Shown: positions 37,364 through 47,453, numbered from the stretch's first letter. The stretch: 64,000 nt of DNA from an uncultured Caulobacter sp. (GCA_937991555.1 CALKHU010000135.1:1787-65786); one strand, 5' to 3'. Notes: a model not told the origin generated them from the sequence alone. Made by a program: numbers and translations.

Positions 37364-40300
37364 AGCTCGGGCTCTCCGGACGGCTCACCGCGGCGACCAT
37401 CCGGTCGCCGCTGACTCCGCTTTTCCTGATCGCCGCGATCGCCATGGGCCTGCTCGCCCTGGCCAGCATCCCGCGCGAGGAAGAACCCCAGATCAGCGTC
37501 CCCATGGTGGACGTCATGGTCGCCGCGCCGGGTCTGGCCGCGCCCGACGCGGCCGAGCTGGTCGCCAAGCCGCTCGAGATCATCGTCAAGGCGATCCCGG
37601 ACGTCGACCACGTCTACAGCTTCGTCGAGGACGACCAGGTGATGGTCGTCGCCCGGTTCAAGGTCGGTTCGGATCCGGACGACGCCGTGGTGCGGGTGCA
37701 CGAGAAGATCCGCGCCAACATCGGCCGCATCCCCGCCGGAATCCCGGAGCCCGTCGTCGAGGCGCGCGGAATCAACGACGTTCCCGTGCTGGTGCTGACG
37801 CTGTCCCCCGATCAGGGGCAGGCCGGCCGCTGGGACGAGGCGACGCTTCATTCCGTCGCCCAACGCCTCCAGTCCGAGGTCGCAAAGGTCGATGACGTCG
37901 GCCTCACCTTCATCGTCGGGGGGCGGCCGGAGGAGATCCGGGTCCAGCCCGATCCCGCCCGCATGGCGGCGCGCGACGTTTCGCTGGGCGCGCTGATCGA
38001 GGCGATCCGGCAGGCGAACCGCACGTTTCCGGCCGGCTCAATCCGCGACGGCGGCGGCGCGACCTCGGTGGTCGCCGGCCGCACGCTCACCGACACCACC
38101 GAGATCGGTCTCCTGACCGTTCCCGACGCCCAGGGACGGCCGGTCGCGGTCCGCGATGTCGCCGATGTGGTCCGCGGCCCGACCGAGCAGCAGTCGCAGG
38201 TCTGGCGCTGGGCGAAGACGGGCGGCGGCTGGAGCCAGGCTCCGGCGGTCAGCCTCGCGATCGCCAAGCGCCCGGGCGCCAACGCCGTCAAGGTCTCCGA
38301 AGCGATCCTCGAACGGGTCGAGGGCCTGAAGGGCCGTCTCATCCCCGAGGGCCTCAACGTCGCGGTCACCCGCGACTACGGCGAGACCGCCAACGAGAAG
38401 GCCAACGAGCTCCTGTTCCACCTCGGGCTGGCCACCGTTTCCATCGTGGTCCTGATCGGCTTCGCGATCGGCTGGCGCGAGGCCGGGGTCACCGCCGTCG
38501 TCATCCCGACCACAATCCTGCTGACGCTCTTCGCGTCCAACCTGATGGGCTACACCATCAACCGGGTCAGCCTGTTCGCCCTGATCTTCTCGATCGGCAT
38601 TCTCGTCGACGACGCCATCGTCGTGATCGAGAACATCGCCCGTCACTGGGCGATGAAGGACGACCGCCCGCGCCTGCAGGCCGCGGTCGAGGCGGTGGCG
38701 GAAGTCGGCAACCCGACCATCATCGCCACCCTGACCGTGGTCGCGGCGCTGTTGCCGATGCTGTTCGTGTCGGGACTGATGGGACCCTACATGGCGCCGA
38801 TCCCGGTCAACGCCTCCGCGGCGATGGTGTTCAGCTTCTTCGTCGCCATGGTCATCGCTCCGTGGCTGATGGTGCGCTTCGCCCGCCGGACGCTGGCCGA
38901 AGGGCATGGCCACGAGCACGGCGAGGGCCGTCTGGGCGCTGTCTATCGCCGCGTCGCCGGCCGGGTGATCGCGACCCGGCGCTCGGCCTGGACCTTCCTG
39001 CTCGCCGTTGGCGTCGCGACCCTGCTGGCGATGGCCATGTTCGCCACCAAGGGCGTGACGGTGAAGCTGCTGCCGTTCGACAACAAGTCGGAACTGCAGG
39101 TTGTCGTCGACATGCCCGAGGGCGCCGCCCTGGAGACCACCGGGCGGGTTCTGCAGGACGCCGCCGCCATCGCCCGCGACCTGCCGGAGGTGACGGCCGT
39201 GGACGGCTACGCCGGCGCGGCCTCGCCGTTCAACTTCAACGGCCTGGTCCGGCACTACTATCTCCGCGCCAGGCCGGAGCAGGGCGACCTCGCCGTCATG
39301 CTGAGCCACAAGAGCGAACGTGATCGCAGCAGCCATGCCATCGCGCTGGACCTGCGGCGTCGCCTGCAGGCTCTCAGGCTGCCGGCCGGCGCCAGCGTGC
39401 GCGTCGTCGAGGCCCCGCCCGGGCCGCCGGTCATGGCGACCCTGCTGGCGGAGGTCTACGGGCCCACCGCCGAGGCCCGGCGCGCCACGGCGCAGCGCCT
39501 GAAGACGCTGTTCGCCTCGGTTCCCTACATCGTCGACATCGACGACAGCTGGGGCCAGCCTCGTCCGCGCCTGCGGCTGGTTCCGGACCGCGCCCAGCTG
39601 GAACGCTATGGCGCCTCCGAACAGCAGGTGCTCGACTCGATCGGCGCCGTGCTCGGCGGCCAGACCGTCGGCTACGCCCATCGCGGCGAAGGTCGCTACC
39701 CGACGCCCATCACGGTCCGCCTGCCGCAGTCGGGCCGGACCTGGAGCGAGACCATGGCCTCGACTCCCGTCGCTGTCGGAGGCGAGGGCGGCGTGCGCCG
39801 TCTGGTCACCCTGGGCGAGCTGGCCACCGCCTCTCAGGAGGCCGGTTCGACGCAGATCTTCCGCCGCGACGGTCGCGACGTCGACATGGTCCTGGCCGAG
39901 CTCGCCGGTCAGTACGAGGCGCCGATCTACGGCATGCTCGCCGTGGACAAGGCGGTCCGCGACGCCGACTGGGGCGCGGGCGGTCCGCCGGAGATCCGCC
40001 TGAACGGCCAGCCCAGCGACGAGTCCCGCACGACGATCCTGTGGGACGGCGAATGGGAGATCACCTGGGTGACCTTCCGCGACATGGGCGCGGCGTTCGG
40101 CGTGGCCCTGCTCGGCATCTACGTGCTGGTGGTCATGCAGTTCGGCAGCTTCAAGCTGCCGCTCGTGATCCTGACCCCGATACCGCTGACCCTGGTCGGC
40201 ATCGTCATCGGGCACATGCTGTTCAGGGCGCCGTTCACAGCGACATCGATGATCGGCTTCATCGCCCTCGCCGGCATCATCGTCCGCAACTCGATCCTGC

Positions 40301-40578
40301 TCGTGGACTTCATCCGGCACAGCCAGGGCGCCGGCCGGCCGCTGCGGGCGGTGCTGCTGGAAGCGGGGGCCATCCGGTTCAAGCCGATCCTGCTGACCGC
40401 CCTGGCGGCGATGATCGGCGCCGCGGTGATCCTCTTCGACCCGATCTTCCAGGGTCTGGCGATCTCGCTGCTGTTCGGGCTGGCGTCCTCCACGCTGCTC
40501 ACCGTGCTGGTCATCCCGGCCATCTACGTGGTCCTGCGCGACGACGGCCGGCCCGAACGGGAGGCGGCGGCCGGATGA
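37360..40578 (+). CDS. RND efflux permease
   Basis: PREEEPQI, GILVDDAIVVIENI and RFKPILLT motifs. Confidence 0.93.
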   Translation: MKLGLSGRLTAATIRSPLTPLFLIAAIAMGLLALASIPREEEPQISVPMVDVMVAAPGLAAPDAAELVAKPLEIIVKAIPDVDHVYSFVEDDQVMVVARFKVGSDPDDAVVRVHEKIRANIGRIPAGIPEPVVEARGINDVPVLVLTLSPDQGQAGRWDEATLHSVAQRLQSEVAKVDDVGLTFIVGGRPEEIRVQPDPARMAARDVSLGALIEAIRQANRTFPAGSIRDGGGATSVVAGRTLTDTTEIGLLTVPDAQGRPVAVRDVADVVRGPTEQQSQVWRWAKTGGGWSQAPAVSLAIAKRPGANAVKVSEAILERVEGLKGRLIPEGLNVAVTRDYGETANEKANELLFHLGLATVSIVVLIGFAIGWREAGVTAVVIPTTILLTLFASNLMGYTINRVSLFALIFSIGILVDDAIVVIENIARHWAMKDDRPRLQAAVEAVAEVGNPTIIATLTVVAALLPMLFVSGLMGPYMAPIPVNASAAMVFSFFVAMVIAPWLMVRFARRTLAEGHGHEHGEGRLGAVYRRVAGRVIATRRSAWTFLLAVGVATLLAMAMFATKGVTVKLLPFDNKSELQVVVDMPEGAALETTGRVLQDAAAIARDLPEVTAVDGYAGAASPFNFNGLVRHYYLRARPEQGDLAVMLSHKSERDRSSHAIALDLRRRLQALRLPAGASVRVVEAPPGPPVMATLLAEVYGPTAEARRATAQRLKTLFASVPYIVDIDDSWGQPRPRLRLVPDRAQLERYGASEQQVLDSIGAVLGGQTVGYAHRGEGRYPTPITVRLPQSGRTWSETMASTPVAVGGEGGVRRLVTLGELATASQEAGSTQIFRRDGRDVDMVLAELAGQYEAPIYGMLAVDKAVRDADWGAGGPPEIRLNGQPSDESRTTILWDGEWEITWVTFRDMGAAFGVALLGIYVLVVMQFGSFKLPLVILTPIPLTLVGIVIGHMLFRAPFTATSMIGFIALAGIIVRNSILLVDFIRHSQGAGRPLRAVLLEAGAIRFKPILLTALAAMIGAAVILFDPIFQGLAISLLFGLASSTLLTVLVIPAIYVVLRDDGRPEREAAAG

Positions 40579-40630
40579 CGCGGCCCCACGCCGTTGTGGG
40601 GCGGAGCGCCGGTCGCCATATTGGCGGGCG

Positions 40631-40969
40631 ATGATCAGCAAGACGTCCATAGCGAGGCCCGCCGCAGACGAACTCGGCGAACTCGAGGCCAGTGCAGCCG
40701 CAGCGACGCGGCTGATGAAGCTGCTCGCCAACGAGCAGCGGCTGATCCTGCTGTGCCGTCTGATCGAGGGCGAATGCTCGGTCGGGGATCTGGCGGACTA
40801 CGTCGGGCTGGCCCAGTCGGCGGCCTCGCAGCATCTGGCGAAGCTGCGGGCCGAGGGCGTCGTCGCCACCCGGCGCGAGGCCCAGACGATCTACTACCGC
40901 CTCACCGATCCCGCCGCGGCCCGGGTCATCGACACCCTCTGCGAGATCTACCGCGGGCCGAAGCGCTGA
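40631..40969 (+). CDS. ArsR/SmtB repressor, BigR/SqrR-like
   Basis: LANEQRLILLC and QSAASQHLAKLR..TRREAQTIYY motifs. Confidence 0.88.
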   Translation: MISKTSIARPAADELGELEASAAAATRLMKLLANEQRLILLCRLIEGECSVGDLADYVGLAQSAASQHLAKLRAEGVVATRREAQTIYYRLTDPAAARVIDTLCEIYRGPKR

Positions 40970-40972
40970 GGG

Positions 40973-41752
40973 TCAGCCGGCCAGCCCCCGCCAGGCGACG
41001 TAGGCTGCGACCACCAGGATGAGGCCCGCGAACAGCCGTCGCGCCAGGACCGTGCGGCCGGCGAGCCGTCGCGCGATCCGCATGCCGACGACGCCGCCGG
41101 CCAGGCCGCCGAGAACGAAGAGTCCGGCGACCGGCCAGTTCACCTGGCCGGTGAAGGCGTAGTTCGAGGCGGTGGCGGCGCCGAAGAGCGCCACGGAGAC
41201 CAGCGACGAGGCGGCGGCGTTGGCGAGGCTCATCCCGGTCGCCGCCATCAGGCCCGGGACGATCAGGAATCCGCCGCCGATGCCGAAGAAGCCGGCGGCG
41301 AGACCGGTGGCGAGCCCGAGCGGGGCCAGCTTCAGGGTCCGCCGCGCGTCGATGCGGACGTCGGCATCGCCCGCCTCCCCGGCGCCGCGCAGCATCGACA
41401 GCGCGATGGCGGCCATCGCGCCCGCGAAGAAGACCAGCAGCACCTGCCCGTCGATCTGCTTGGCGATCGTGGAGCCGACCAGCGATCCGACGAGGCCCGC
41501 CGCCGCGAAGACCAGGGCGCAGGGCCACTTCACGCGGCCCGCGCGCGCGTGGCCGGCCAGTCCCGTCAGCGCATTGACGGCGACGGCCGCGGCGGACGTT
41601 CCGATCGCGACGTGCGGGTCGGTGACGCCCACGAGGTAGATCAGCAGCGGGGTCGCCAGCACCGAGCCGCCTCCCCCGAAGACGGAGAGCAGAAGGCCGA
41701 CCACCGCGCCGCTGGCGATCGCCAGGGCGGCGGATTCGGGTGACAGGATCAT
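40973..41752 (-). CDS. TauE/SafE sulfite exporter
   Basis: GGGGSVLATP and GIGGGFLIVP repeats. Confidence 0.88.
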   Translation of the reverse strand: MILSPESAALAIASGAVVGLLLSVFGGGGSVLATPLLIYLVGVTDPHVAIGTSAAAVAVNALTGLAGHARAGRVKWPCALVFAAAGLVGSLVGSTIAKQIDGQVLLVFFAGAMAAIALSMLRGAGEAGDADVRIDARRTLKLAPLGLATGLAAGFFGIGGGFLIVPGLMAATGMSLANAAASSLVSVALFGAATASNYAFTGQVNWPVAGLFVLGGLAGGVVGMRIARRLAGRTVLARRLFAGLILVVAAYVAWRGLAG

Positions 41753-42090
41753 CGGACGCTCCCGGCGGCGCGTCGCCGCTCCATGACCTCGGCGAGGGCG
41801 CCGACGAGGACCAGCACGTCCGGGTCGGCGATGCGATAGAAGATGGTCTGGCCATCGCGGCGCGTGGCGACGATCCGGTCAGCGCGCATCTTCGCCAGAT
41901 GCTGCGACAGCGCCGACTGGGAGAGGCCGATATGGTCGGCCATTTCTCCCACGGACGCCTCGCCGCCGCGCAGGGCGCACAGGACCTGCAGGCGGTGAGG
42001 ATTGGCGAGCAGGCGCAGCAGGTCCGCCGCGTCCTGCGCGTTTTCCTGGACGTGCCCGATGTCGATCGATCCGGCGTTCATGGCGGGCAT
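41749..42090 (-). CDS. ArsR/SmtB repressor, BigR-like
   Basis: LANPHRLQVLC and QSALSQHLAKMR motifs; start 42090 or 42081. Confidence 0.85.
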   Translation of the reverse strand: MPAMNAGSIDIGHVQENAQDAADLLRLLANPHRLQVLCALRGGEASVGEMADHIGLSQSALSQHLAKMRADRIVATRRDGQTIFYRIADPDVLVLVGALAEVMERRRAAGSVR

Positions 42091-42127
42091 TATATTCAAT
42101 CTTGTTAAATTAGAAAGAGCGAATATA
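42091..42127. promoter_or_regulatory. AT-rich inverted repeat TATATTC..GAATATA, probable ArsR operator
   Basis: Low-GC patch between the divergent ArsR and persulfide dioxygenase genes. Confidence 0.6.
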
Positions 42128-42148
42128 TTGGCGTCAAGGAGATGCCCC

Positions 42149-43024
42149 ATGACCGACCAACCCGTCGCCTTCTTCCATGCCGCCACCTCGACCGTGACGT
42201 ATCTCGTCTGGGATCCGGCGAGCCGTCAGGCGGCCCTGATCGATCCCGTCCTCGACTATGAGCCGAAGGGCGGCGTCGTTTCGACCGCCTTCGCCGACGG
42301 ACTTCTGGACGCCGTCGCCGAGCGCGACCTGCGCCTCGCCTATGTGCTCGAGACCCACGCCCACGCCGATCACCTTTCGGCGGCCGACTACATTCGCCGC
42401 CGCACGGGCGCGAAGGTGGTCATCGGCGAACACATCACGGCGGTGCAGGCGCACTTCGCGCCGGTGTTCGAAGCCGACGACGTCACGCCGGATGGTTCGG
42501 CCTTCGATGTGCTGGTGCGGGACGGCGACATCCTGCCGCTCGGCGAGCGCAAGGTCGCGGTGATGCACACGCCCGGCCATACCGCGGCCTGCGTCACCTA
42601 CGTCATCGACGACATGGCCTTCGTCGGCGACACCCTGTTCATGCCGGACTACGGCACGGCGCGGACCGACTTTCCGGGCGGTGACGCGAGGGCGCTCTAC
42701 CGCTCGATCCGGCGGATCCTGTCGTTGCCCGCGACCACCCGCATCCTCGTCGGTCACGACTATCTGCCCCAGGGGCGAGACGCCTATGCCTGGGAGACCA
42801 CGGTGGCGGAGCAACGACGCGACAACGTCCACGTCCACGACGGCATGGGCGAAGCCGACTTCGTCGCGCTCCGTCAGGCCCGGGACGCCACCCTGGCGCC
42901 GCCGGTGCTGATCCTGCCCTCGCTGCAGGTCAACATCCGCGCCGGCGCCCTGCCGCCGCCGACGGACAGGGGCGGGGTCTTCTTCCGCATTCCGGTCCGG
43001 GGCGCGGCCGCGCTGGGGGCCTAG
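42149..43024 (+). CDS. Persulfide dioxygenase (ETHE1/Blh-like MBL hydrolase)
   Basis: ETHAHADH, TPGHT, GDTLFMPDYGTARTDFPGG, GHDY and QVNIRAG motifs. Confidence 0.9.
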   Translation: MTDQPVAFFHAATSTVTYLVWDPASRQAALIDPVLDYEPKGGVVSTAFADGLLDAVAERDLRLAYVLETHAHADHLSAADYIRRRTGAKVVIGEHITAVQAHFAPVFEADDVTPDGSAFDVLVRDGDILPLGERKVAVMHTPGHTAACVTYVIDDMAFVGDTLFMPDYGTARTDFPGGDARALYRSIRRILSLPATTRILVGHDYLPQGRDAYAWETTVAEQRRDNVHVHDGMGEADFVALRQARDATLAPPVLILPSLQVNIRAGALPPPTDRGGVFFRIPVRGAAALGA

Positions 43025-43080
43025 CGGAGCGCATGCCGCCCGGAGGCGGAGCCACGGCGGCGGCCCGGCGTTAGGGTCCC

Positions 43081-43797
43081 ATGGCCCTTGCGTCCGGAAA
43101 CCATTTCCTCGACAGCCTCGCGCCCGCCGACCATGCGGTGCTGCGGCCCCACCTCCGGGAGGCGGCGCTGCGGGCGGGCGCGGTGCTGATCGAGCAGGAG
43201 GCGCCGGTCACCGTCGCGGTCTTTCCCGTCGACGCCCAGCTGGCCAACGTCATCTACCTCGGCGACGGCGCGTCCATCGAGGTCTCGATGGTGGGTCACG
43301 AGGGCCTCGCCGGCCTCGCGCCGATCATGACCAACAAGCCCTGCGGCTGGCAGGTCGCCGTCCGCGCGCCCGGCAGGGCGTGGACCGCGCCGGCGCCGCT
43401 GATCCGCGAGCTCCAGGCGTCGAGCGCGAGCTTTCTCGGCAGGCTGCTCGATCTCACCCAGTTCTACCAGGACCAGGCGGCGCAGATCGCCGCCTGCAAT
43501 GGCGCGCATCGCATGCAGGCGCGGCTGGCGCGCTGGCTGCTCATGGCCCTCGATCTCGCCCCGGGCGACACCGTGCAGGTGACCCAGGAGCATCTCGCCG
43601 CCCTGCTCGGCGGCCAGCGGACGACCGTCAATGAAGCCGCCCAGAATCTGAAGGCGCTCGGGGCCATCCGCTATGGACGCGGTCGGATCCGCGTCCTCGA
43701 CCGGACCAGGCTCGCCGCCGCCGCCTGCTCCTGCTACGAGGCCATCCGCCAGCGGGGCGAGGATCTCGGCATCCGCATGCAGGTCGCGTTCTCCTGA
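43081..43797 (+). CDS. Crp/Fnr family regulator
   Basis: GHEG, ACNGAH..RLARWLL and TQEHLAALLG motifs. Confidence 0.88.
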   Translation: MALASGNHFLDSLAPADHAVLRPHLREAALRAGAVLIEQEAPVTVAVFPVDAQLANVIYLGDGASIEVSMVGHEGLAGLAPIMTNKPCGWQVAVRAPGRAWTAPAPLIRELQASSASFLGRLLDLTQFYQDQAAQIAACNGAHRMQARLARWLLMALDLAPGDTVQVTQEHLAALLGGQRTTVNEAAQNLKALGAIRYGRGRIRVLDRTRLAAAACSCYEAIRQRGEDLGIRMQVAFS

Positions 43798-43822
43798 AGA
43801 CGGGGCGCCGTCGAAGCCGGAG

Positions 43823-43836
43823 TTGCGCCACGTCAA
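43823..43836. promoter_or_regulatory. FixK-like box TTGCGCCACGTCAA
   Basis: TTGC variant upstream of the phosphorylase gene. Confidence 0.6.
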
Positions 43837-43906
43837 GTCGCGCCGGCGACGCTCGCCTGATAGTCAGCCCCAGACGCCCGCCGCGGGGGCGACCGGAGCG
43901 CAGAGC

Positions 43907-45394
43907 TTGCTGAAGGCGAAACTGATCGGCCTCGACACCTTCCACGAGAACGTGGTGGTGCTGGCCCGCAACTGCACGGCGGTGCGGCCCGAGCGGCTGA
44001 GGGGCACCCGCAAGGTCGAGGTGCGGCTGAACGGGCGGGCCATTCTCGCCGACATCGTCATCGCCGACGACCCCGCCACGGTCGCGCCGGACGAGATCGG
44101 CCTGACCCAGCCCGCCTTCCGCCGCCTGGCGGCCTCAGCCGGCGCGAAGGTCGAGGTGACGCCTGCCGCGCCGGTCGCCAGCATGGACGCCGTCCGCGCC
44201 AAGGTCCGCGGCGAAACGCTCGGCGACGTGGCCTTGCACGAGATCGTCCAGGACCTGGCCGCCCATCGCTACTCGGACGTGGAGGTCGCGTCCTTCCTGA
44301 TCGCCTGCGCCGCGTTCATGACGCCGGACGAGACGCTCGGCCTGACCCGCGCGATGGTCGACGCCGGCCAGCGCCTGGTCTGGGATCGCCCGGTGGTGGT
44401 CGACAAGCACTGCATCGGCGGCATTCCGGGCAACCGGACCTCGCCCATCGTGGTCGCCATCGTCGCCGCGCACGGTCTGCTGATTCCCAAGACCTCTTCC
44501 CGCGCCATCACCTCGCCGGCCGGCACGGCCGACACCATGGAGGTGCTCAGCCGAGTCACCCTGTCGGAGGACGAGATGCGCGACGTGGTCGACCGCTGCG
44601 GCGGTTGCCTGGTCTGGGGCGGCAGGGTCGACATCTCTCCGGCGGACGACGTGCTGATCTCGGTCGAGCGTCCGCTGGCGATCGACGCGCCGGAGCAGAT
44701 GGTCGCCTCCATCCTGTCGAAGAAGCTGGCGGCCGGTTCGAGCCACATCGTGATGGATCTCCCGGTCGGACCCTACGCCAAGCTGCGGGATCCTTCGGCG
44801 GCTCTCCGGCTGCGCAAGCTCTTCGAGTTCGTCGGGTCCCGCGTCGGACTGAGCATCGACATCGTGACCACGGACGGTTCCCAGCCCATAGGGCGCGGGG
44901 TGGGGCCGGTGCTGGAGGCGCGGGACGTGCTGGCGGTGCTCCACAACCGCGCCGACGGTCCCGCGGACCTGCGCGACAAGGCGCTGATGCTGGCGGGCCG
45001 TATCCTGGAGTTTGATCCGGAGGTCGCCGGCGGTCGCGGCGTGGAGCGGGCCCGCGAACTGCTGGAGTCCGGGGCCGCGCGGGCGAAACTGGAGGCGATC
45101 GCCGAGGCCCAGGGACCGTCGCCGCTGCGCAACGAAGTCGCGCCGCTCTGCTACGAAGTGCTGGCTGGCCGCAGCGGCTGGGTCGAGGCCATCGACTGCC
45201 TGCGCATCGCCAGGATCGCGCGCTACGCCGGCGCGCCGACGGACCCCGGAGCCGGGCTCGAACTGCTCAGGCGGAAGGGCGACCCCGTCCGCGCCGGCGA
45301 CCCCCTGTACCGGATCTACGGCCTCGATCCGTCCGACTTCGCCTTCGCGAGGGACGCCGCCGACGAGGTCTCCGGCTTCCAGGTGACGCCGTGA
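43907..45394 (+). CDS. Thymidine phosphorylase family protein, AMP-phosphorylase-like
   Basis: DKHCIGGIPGNRT and KTSSRAITSPAGTADTME motifs with an extra N-terminal domain; start approximate (TTG after GGAG). Confidence 0.88.
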   Translation: MLKAKLIGLDTFHENVVVLARNCTAVRPERLRGTRKVEVRLNGRAILADIVIADDPATVAPDEIGLTQPAFRRLAASAGAKVEVTPAAPVASMDAVRAKVRGETLGDVALHEIVQDLAAHRYSDVEVASFLIACAAFMTPDETLGLTRAMVDAGQRLVWDRPVVVDKHCIGGIPGNRTSPIVVAIVAAHGLLIPKTSSRAITSPAGTADTMEVLSRVTLSEDEMRDVVDRCGGCLVWGGRVDISPADDVLISVERPLAIDAPEQMVASILSKKLAAGSSHIVMDLPVGPYAKLRDPSAALRLRKLFEFVGSRVGLSIDIVTTDGSQPIGRGVGPVLEARDVLAVLHNRADGPADLRDKALMLAGRILEFDPEVAGGRGVERARELLESGAARAKLEAIAEAQGPSPLRNEVAPLCYEVLAGRSGWVEAIDCLRIARIARYAGAPTDPGAGLELLRRKGDPVRAGDPLYRIYGLDPSDFAFARDAADEVSGFQVTP

Positions 45395-46257
45395 TCGTCC
45401 TGGCGTTCGCGGACGAAGCCGCCCCGGCCGGCCGCCTCGCGGCGGCGCTGGGAGCGACGCTCGGCGTCATCCAGCTGCACGACTTTCCCGACGGCGAGGT
45501 GCTCCCGCGGGTAGAAGCGGCGTCTCCGCGGGCAGTGATCTACCGCTCGCTGGACCGGCCGAACGAGAAGATCATTCCCCTGCTGCTGGCGGCCGACGCC
45601 GCGCGCCGCGCCGGGGCGGAGAGGCTGGAGCTGGTCTGTCCCTATCTCTGCTACCTGCGCCAGGACACGGTGTTCACGCCCGGGGAGCCGCTCAGCCGCG
45701 ATGTCGTGCTGCCTCTGCTCGGGCGGGCCTTCGATCGTGTGCTGACGGTGGACGCGCACCTTCACCGCACCGCCGACCTCTCGACCGTGATGGGGGTGAG
45801 CGCGGAGTCCCTGTCGGCGGCGCCGGTCCTGGCGGCGGCGCTGGGCGGCGGCGATGCGCCCCTCGTGGTCGCCCCCGACAGCGAGGCGCGGCCCTGGGCG
45901 GACGGCATCGCCAAGAGTCTCGGCGGGGACCTCCTGGTCCTGGAGAAGCGCCGCGACGCCGCGCGCCGCGTGACCTTCGCCGGAGCGGAGCTCGGCGCCG
46001 CCCGCGGCCGTCGCGCCGTCATCGTCGATGACGTGGCCTCAAGCGGGTCCACCCTGGTCGCCGTCGCCGGGATGCTCCGCGAGGCGGGCGCGGCCTCGAT
46101 CGAGGTCGCCGTCACCCACGCCCTGTTCGGGGAGGACCTGCGCCGCCGTCTCGAGACCGTCGGCGTGCGGCGGCTCGTCTCGACGGACTCGGTCGTGCGC
46201 GGGGAAGACGCGGCGCCCCTGGCCGGCATCCTGGCGGAGGCGCTTCGGCGCACCTGA
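45391..46257 (+). CDS. Ribose-phosphate pyrophosphokinase-like protein
   Basis: FPDGE, PYLCYLRQD, VDAHLH and IVDDVASSGST motifs. Confidence 0.88.
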   Translation: MIVLAFADEAAPAGRLAAALGATLGVIQLHDFPDGEVLPRVEAASPRAVIYRSLDRPNEKIIPLLLAADAARRAGAERLELVCPYLCYLRQDTVFTPGEPLSRDVVLPLLGRAFDRVLTVDAHLHRTADLSTVMGVSAESLSAAPVLAAALGGGDAPLVVAPDSEARPWADGIAKSLGGDLLVLEKRRDAARRVTFAGAELGAARGRRAVIVDDVASSGSTLVAVAGMLREAGAASIEVAVTHALFGEDLRRRLETVGVRRLVSTDSVVRGEDAAPLAGILAEALRRT

Positions 46258-46263
46258 ACAAAG

Positions 46264-47451
46264 TCAGCGGGGCGTCGCCCTGACGCTGACGCCGTCCTTC
46301 AGCCGGTCACCGGGATAGGCGACGACGCTGTCGCCCTCGCCCAGACCCTCCTGCACCTCCGCGAAGTCCTCGTTGCGGCGCCCGACCTTCACCCTGACCA
46401 GTTCGGCCCGGCCGCGCGCGACGCGGTAGACGGCCCAGTCCTCGCCCTGCCTGAACAGGGCGCTGGCCGGAACCCTCACCACGCTCGGCGCCGACCAGGT
46501 GACGATGCGGGCGGTGACCCGGTAGTCGTGGCCAAGGGCGGCCGCCTGCGCCGGCGTGGCGAAGTCGAGGTAGGTCAGCACCCGCTGCTCCTCGACCCCG
46601 AGGGCGGATACCTTGGTGAATCCGGCCGGCTCGACCCGGCGCACGCGCGCCTGCAAGGGCTGGCCGCCCCAGCCTTCTATGGCGGCGTCCGCGCCGGGCT
46701 TCACCTCCACGGCGTCGGTGGACAGCAGTTCCACGATCACGTCGATGTCGGCCGGATCCCCGATCTGGAGGATGGGCTGCCCGGCCTGCACCACCTGTTC
46801 GCTCTCGCGGTCGACCCGCAGGACCCTGCCGCCGACCGGCGCGCGGACGGCGATGGTCCCCTGGTCCGAGTCTGCAGGACGGGCGAGTCGGCTGCGAAGG
46901 CTGTCGCGTTCGCGCTGGCGCACGGCGACGGCGGCGCGGGCCTCGGCCACCGCGGCCCTGGCCGTCTCGTGCGCGAGCCGCCTCTGGTCAAGGGCCTGGG
47001 CGGCAATCACGCCCTGCGCGTTGAGAGTCTGCCCTCGGCGCAACTCGGCCTCGGCGTAGGTCGCCTGCGCCTCGGCGCGCCGGAGTTCGGCCCGCGCCAG
47101 TTGCACCGCCGCTTCGGCGGCGTCGACCGACGCCCGCACTTCCCGCTCGGACCGCGCGTCGATCAGCGGCGGATCCGCCGGACGGATCAGGGCGACGGTG
47201 TCGCCGGCCTTGACCCGGTCGCCGGCGTGCAGCGTGACGCGCACCGTCTTGCCGGTCAGCGGGGCGGAGACGACGTAGACCTCGCGCACCCGGGTCCGGC
47301 CCTGTTCGGCGACCCAGGTCGAAAGCGGCCCCCGTGTCACCCTCACGATCTCGACCGGCGTGGGCTGGGGCCGCAGCATCCAGACGAGCACGCCGACCGC
47401 GAGCCCGGAGAGGACGAGGGCCAGGATGATGCGCGGGGAGGGGAGCTTCAT
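46264..47451 (-). CDS. Efflux membrane-fusion protein (MacA/HlyD-like)
   Basis: N-terminal TM helix, coiled coil, FTKVSALGVEEQRV. Confidence 0.88.
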   Translation of the reverse strand: MKLPSPRIILALVLSGLAVGVLVWMLRPQPTPVEIVRVTRGPLSTWVAEQGRTRVREVYVVSAPLTGKTVRVTLHAGDRVKAGDTVALIRPADPPLIDARSEREVRASVDAAEAAVQLARAELRRAEAQATYAEAELRRGQTLNAQGVIAAQALDQRRLAHETARAAVAEARAAVAVRQRERDSLRSRLARPADSDQGTIAVRAPVGGRVLRVDRESEQVVQAGQPILQIGDPADIDVIVELLSTDAVEVKPGADAAIEGWGGQPLQARVRRVEPAGFTKVSALGVEEQRVLTYLDFATPAQAAALGHDYRVTARIVTWSAPSVVRVPASALFRQGEDWAVYRVARGRAELVRVKVGRRNEDFAEVQEGLGEGDSVVAYPGDRLKDGVSVRATPR

Positions 47452-47453
47452 GG

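Noticed and set aside
38038-40731. 897-aa minus-strand ORF; likewise 56668..59556, 19202..21187 and 47904..49889
   Set aside because: Shadow ORFs opposite well-supported genes
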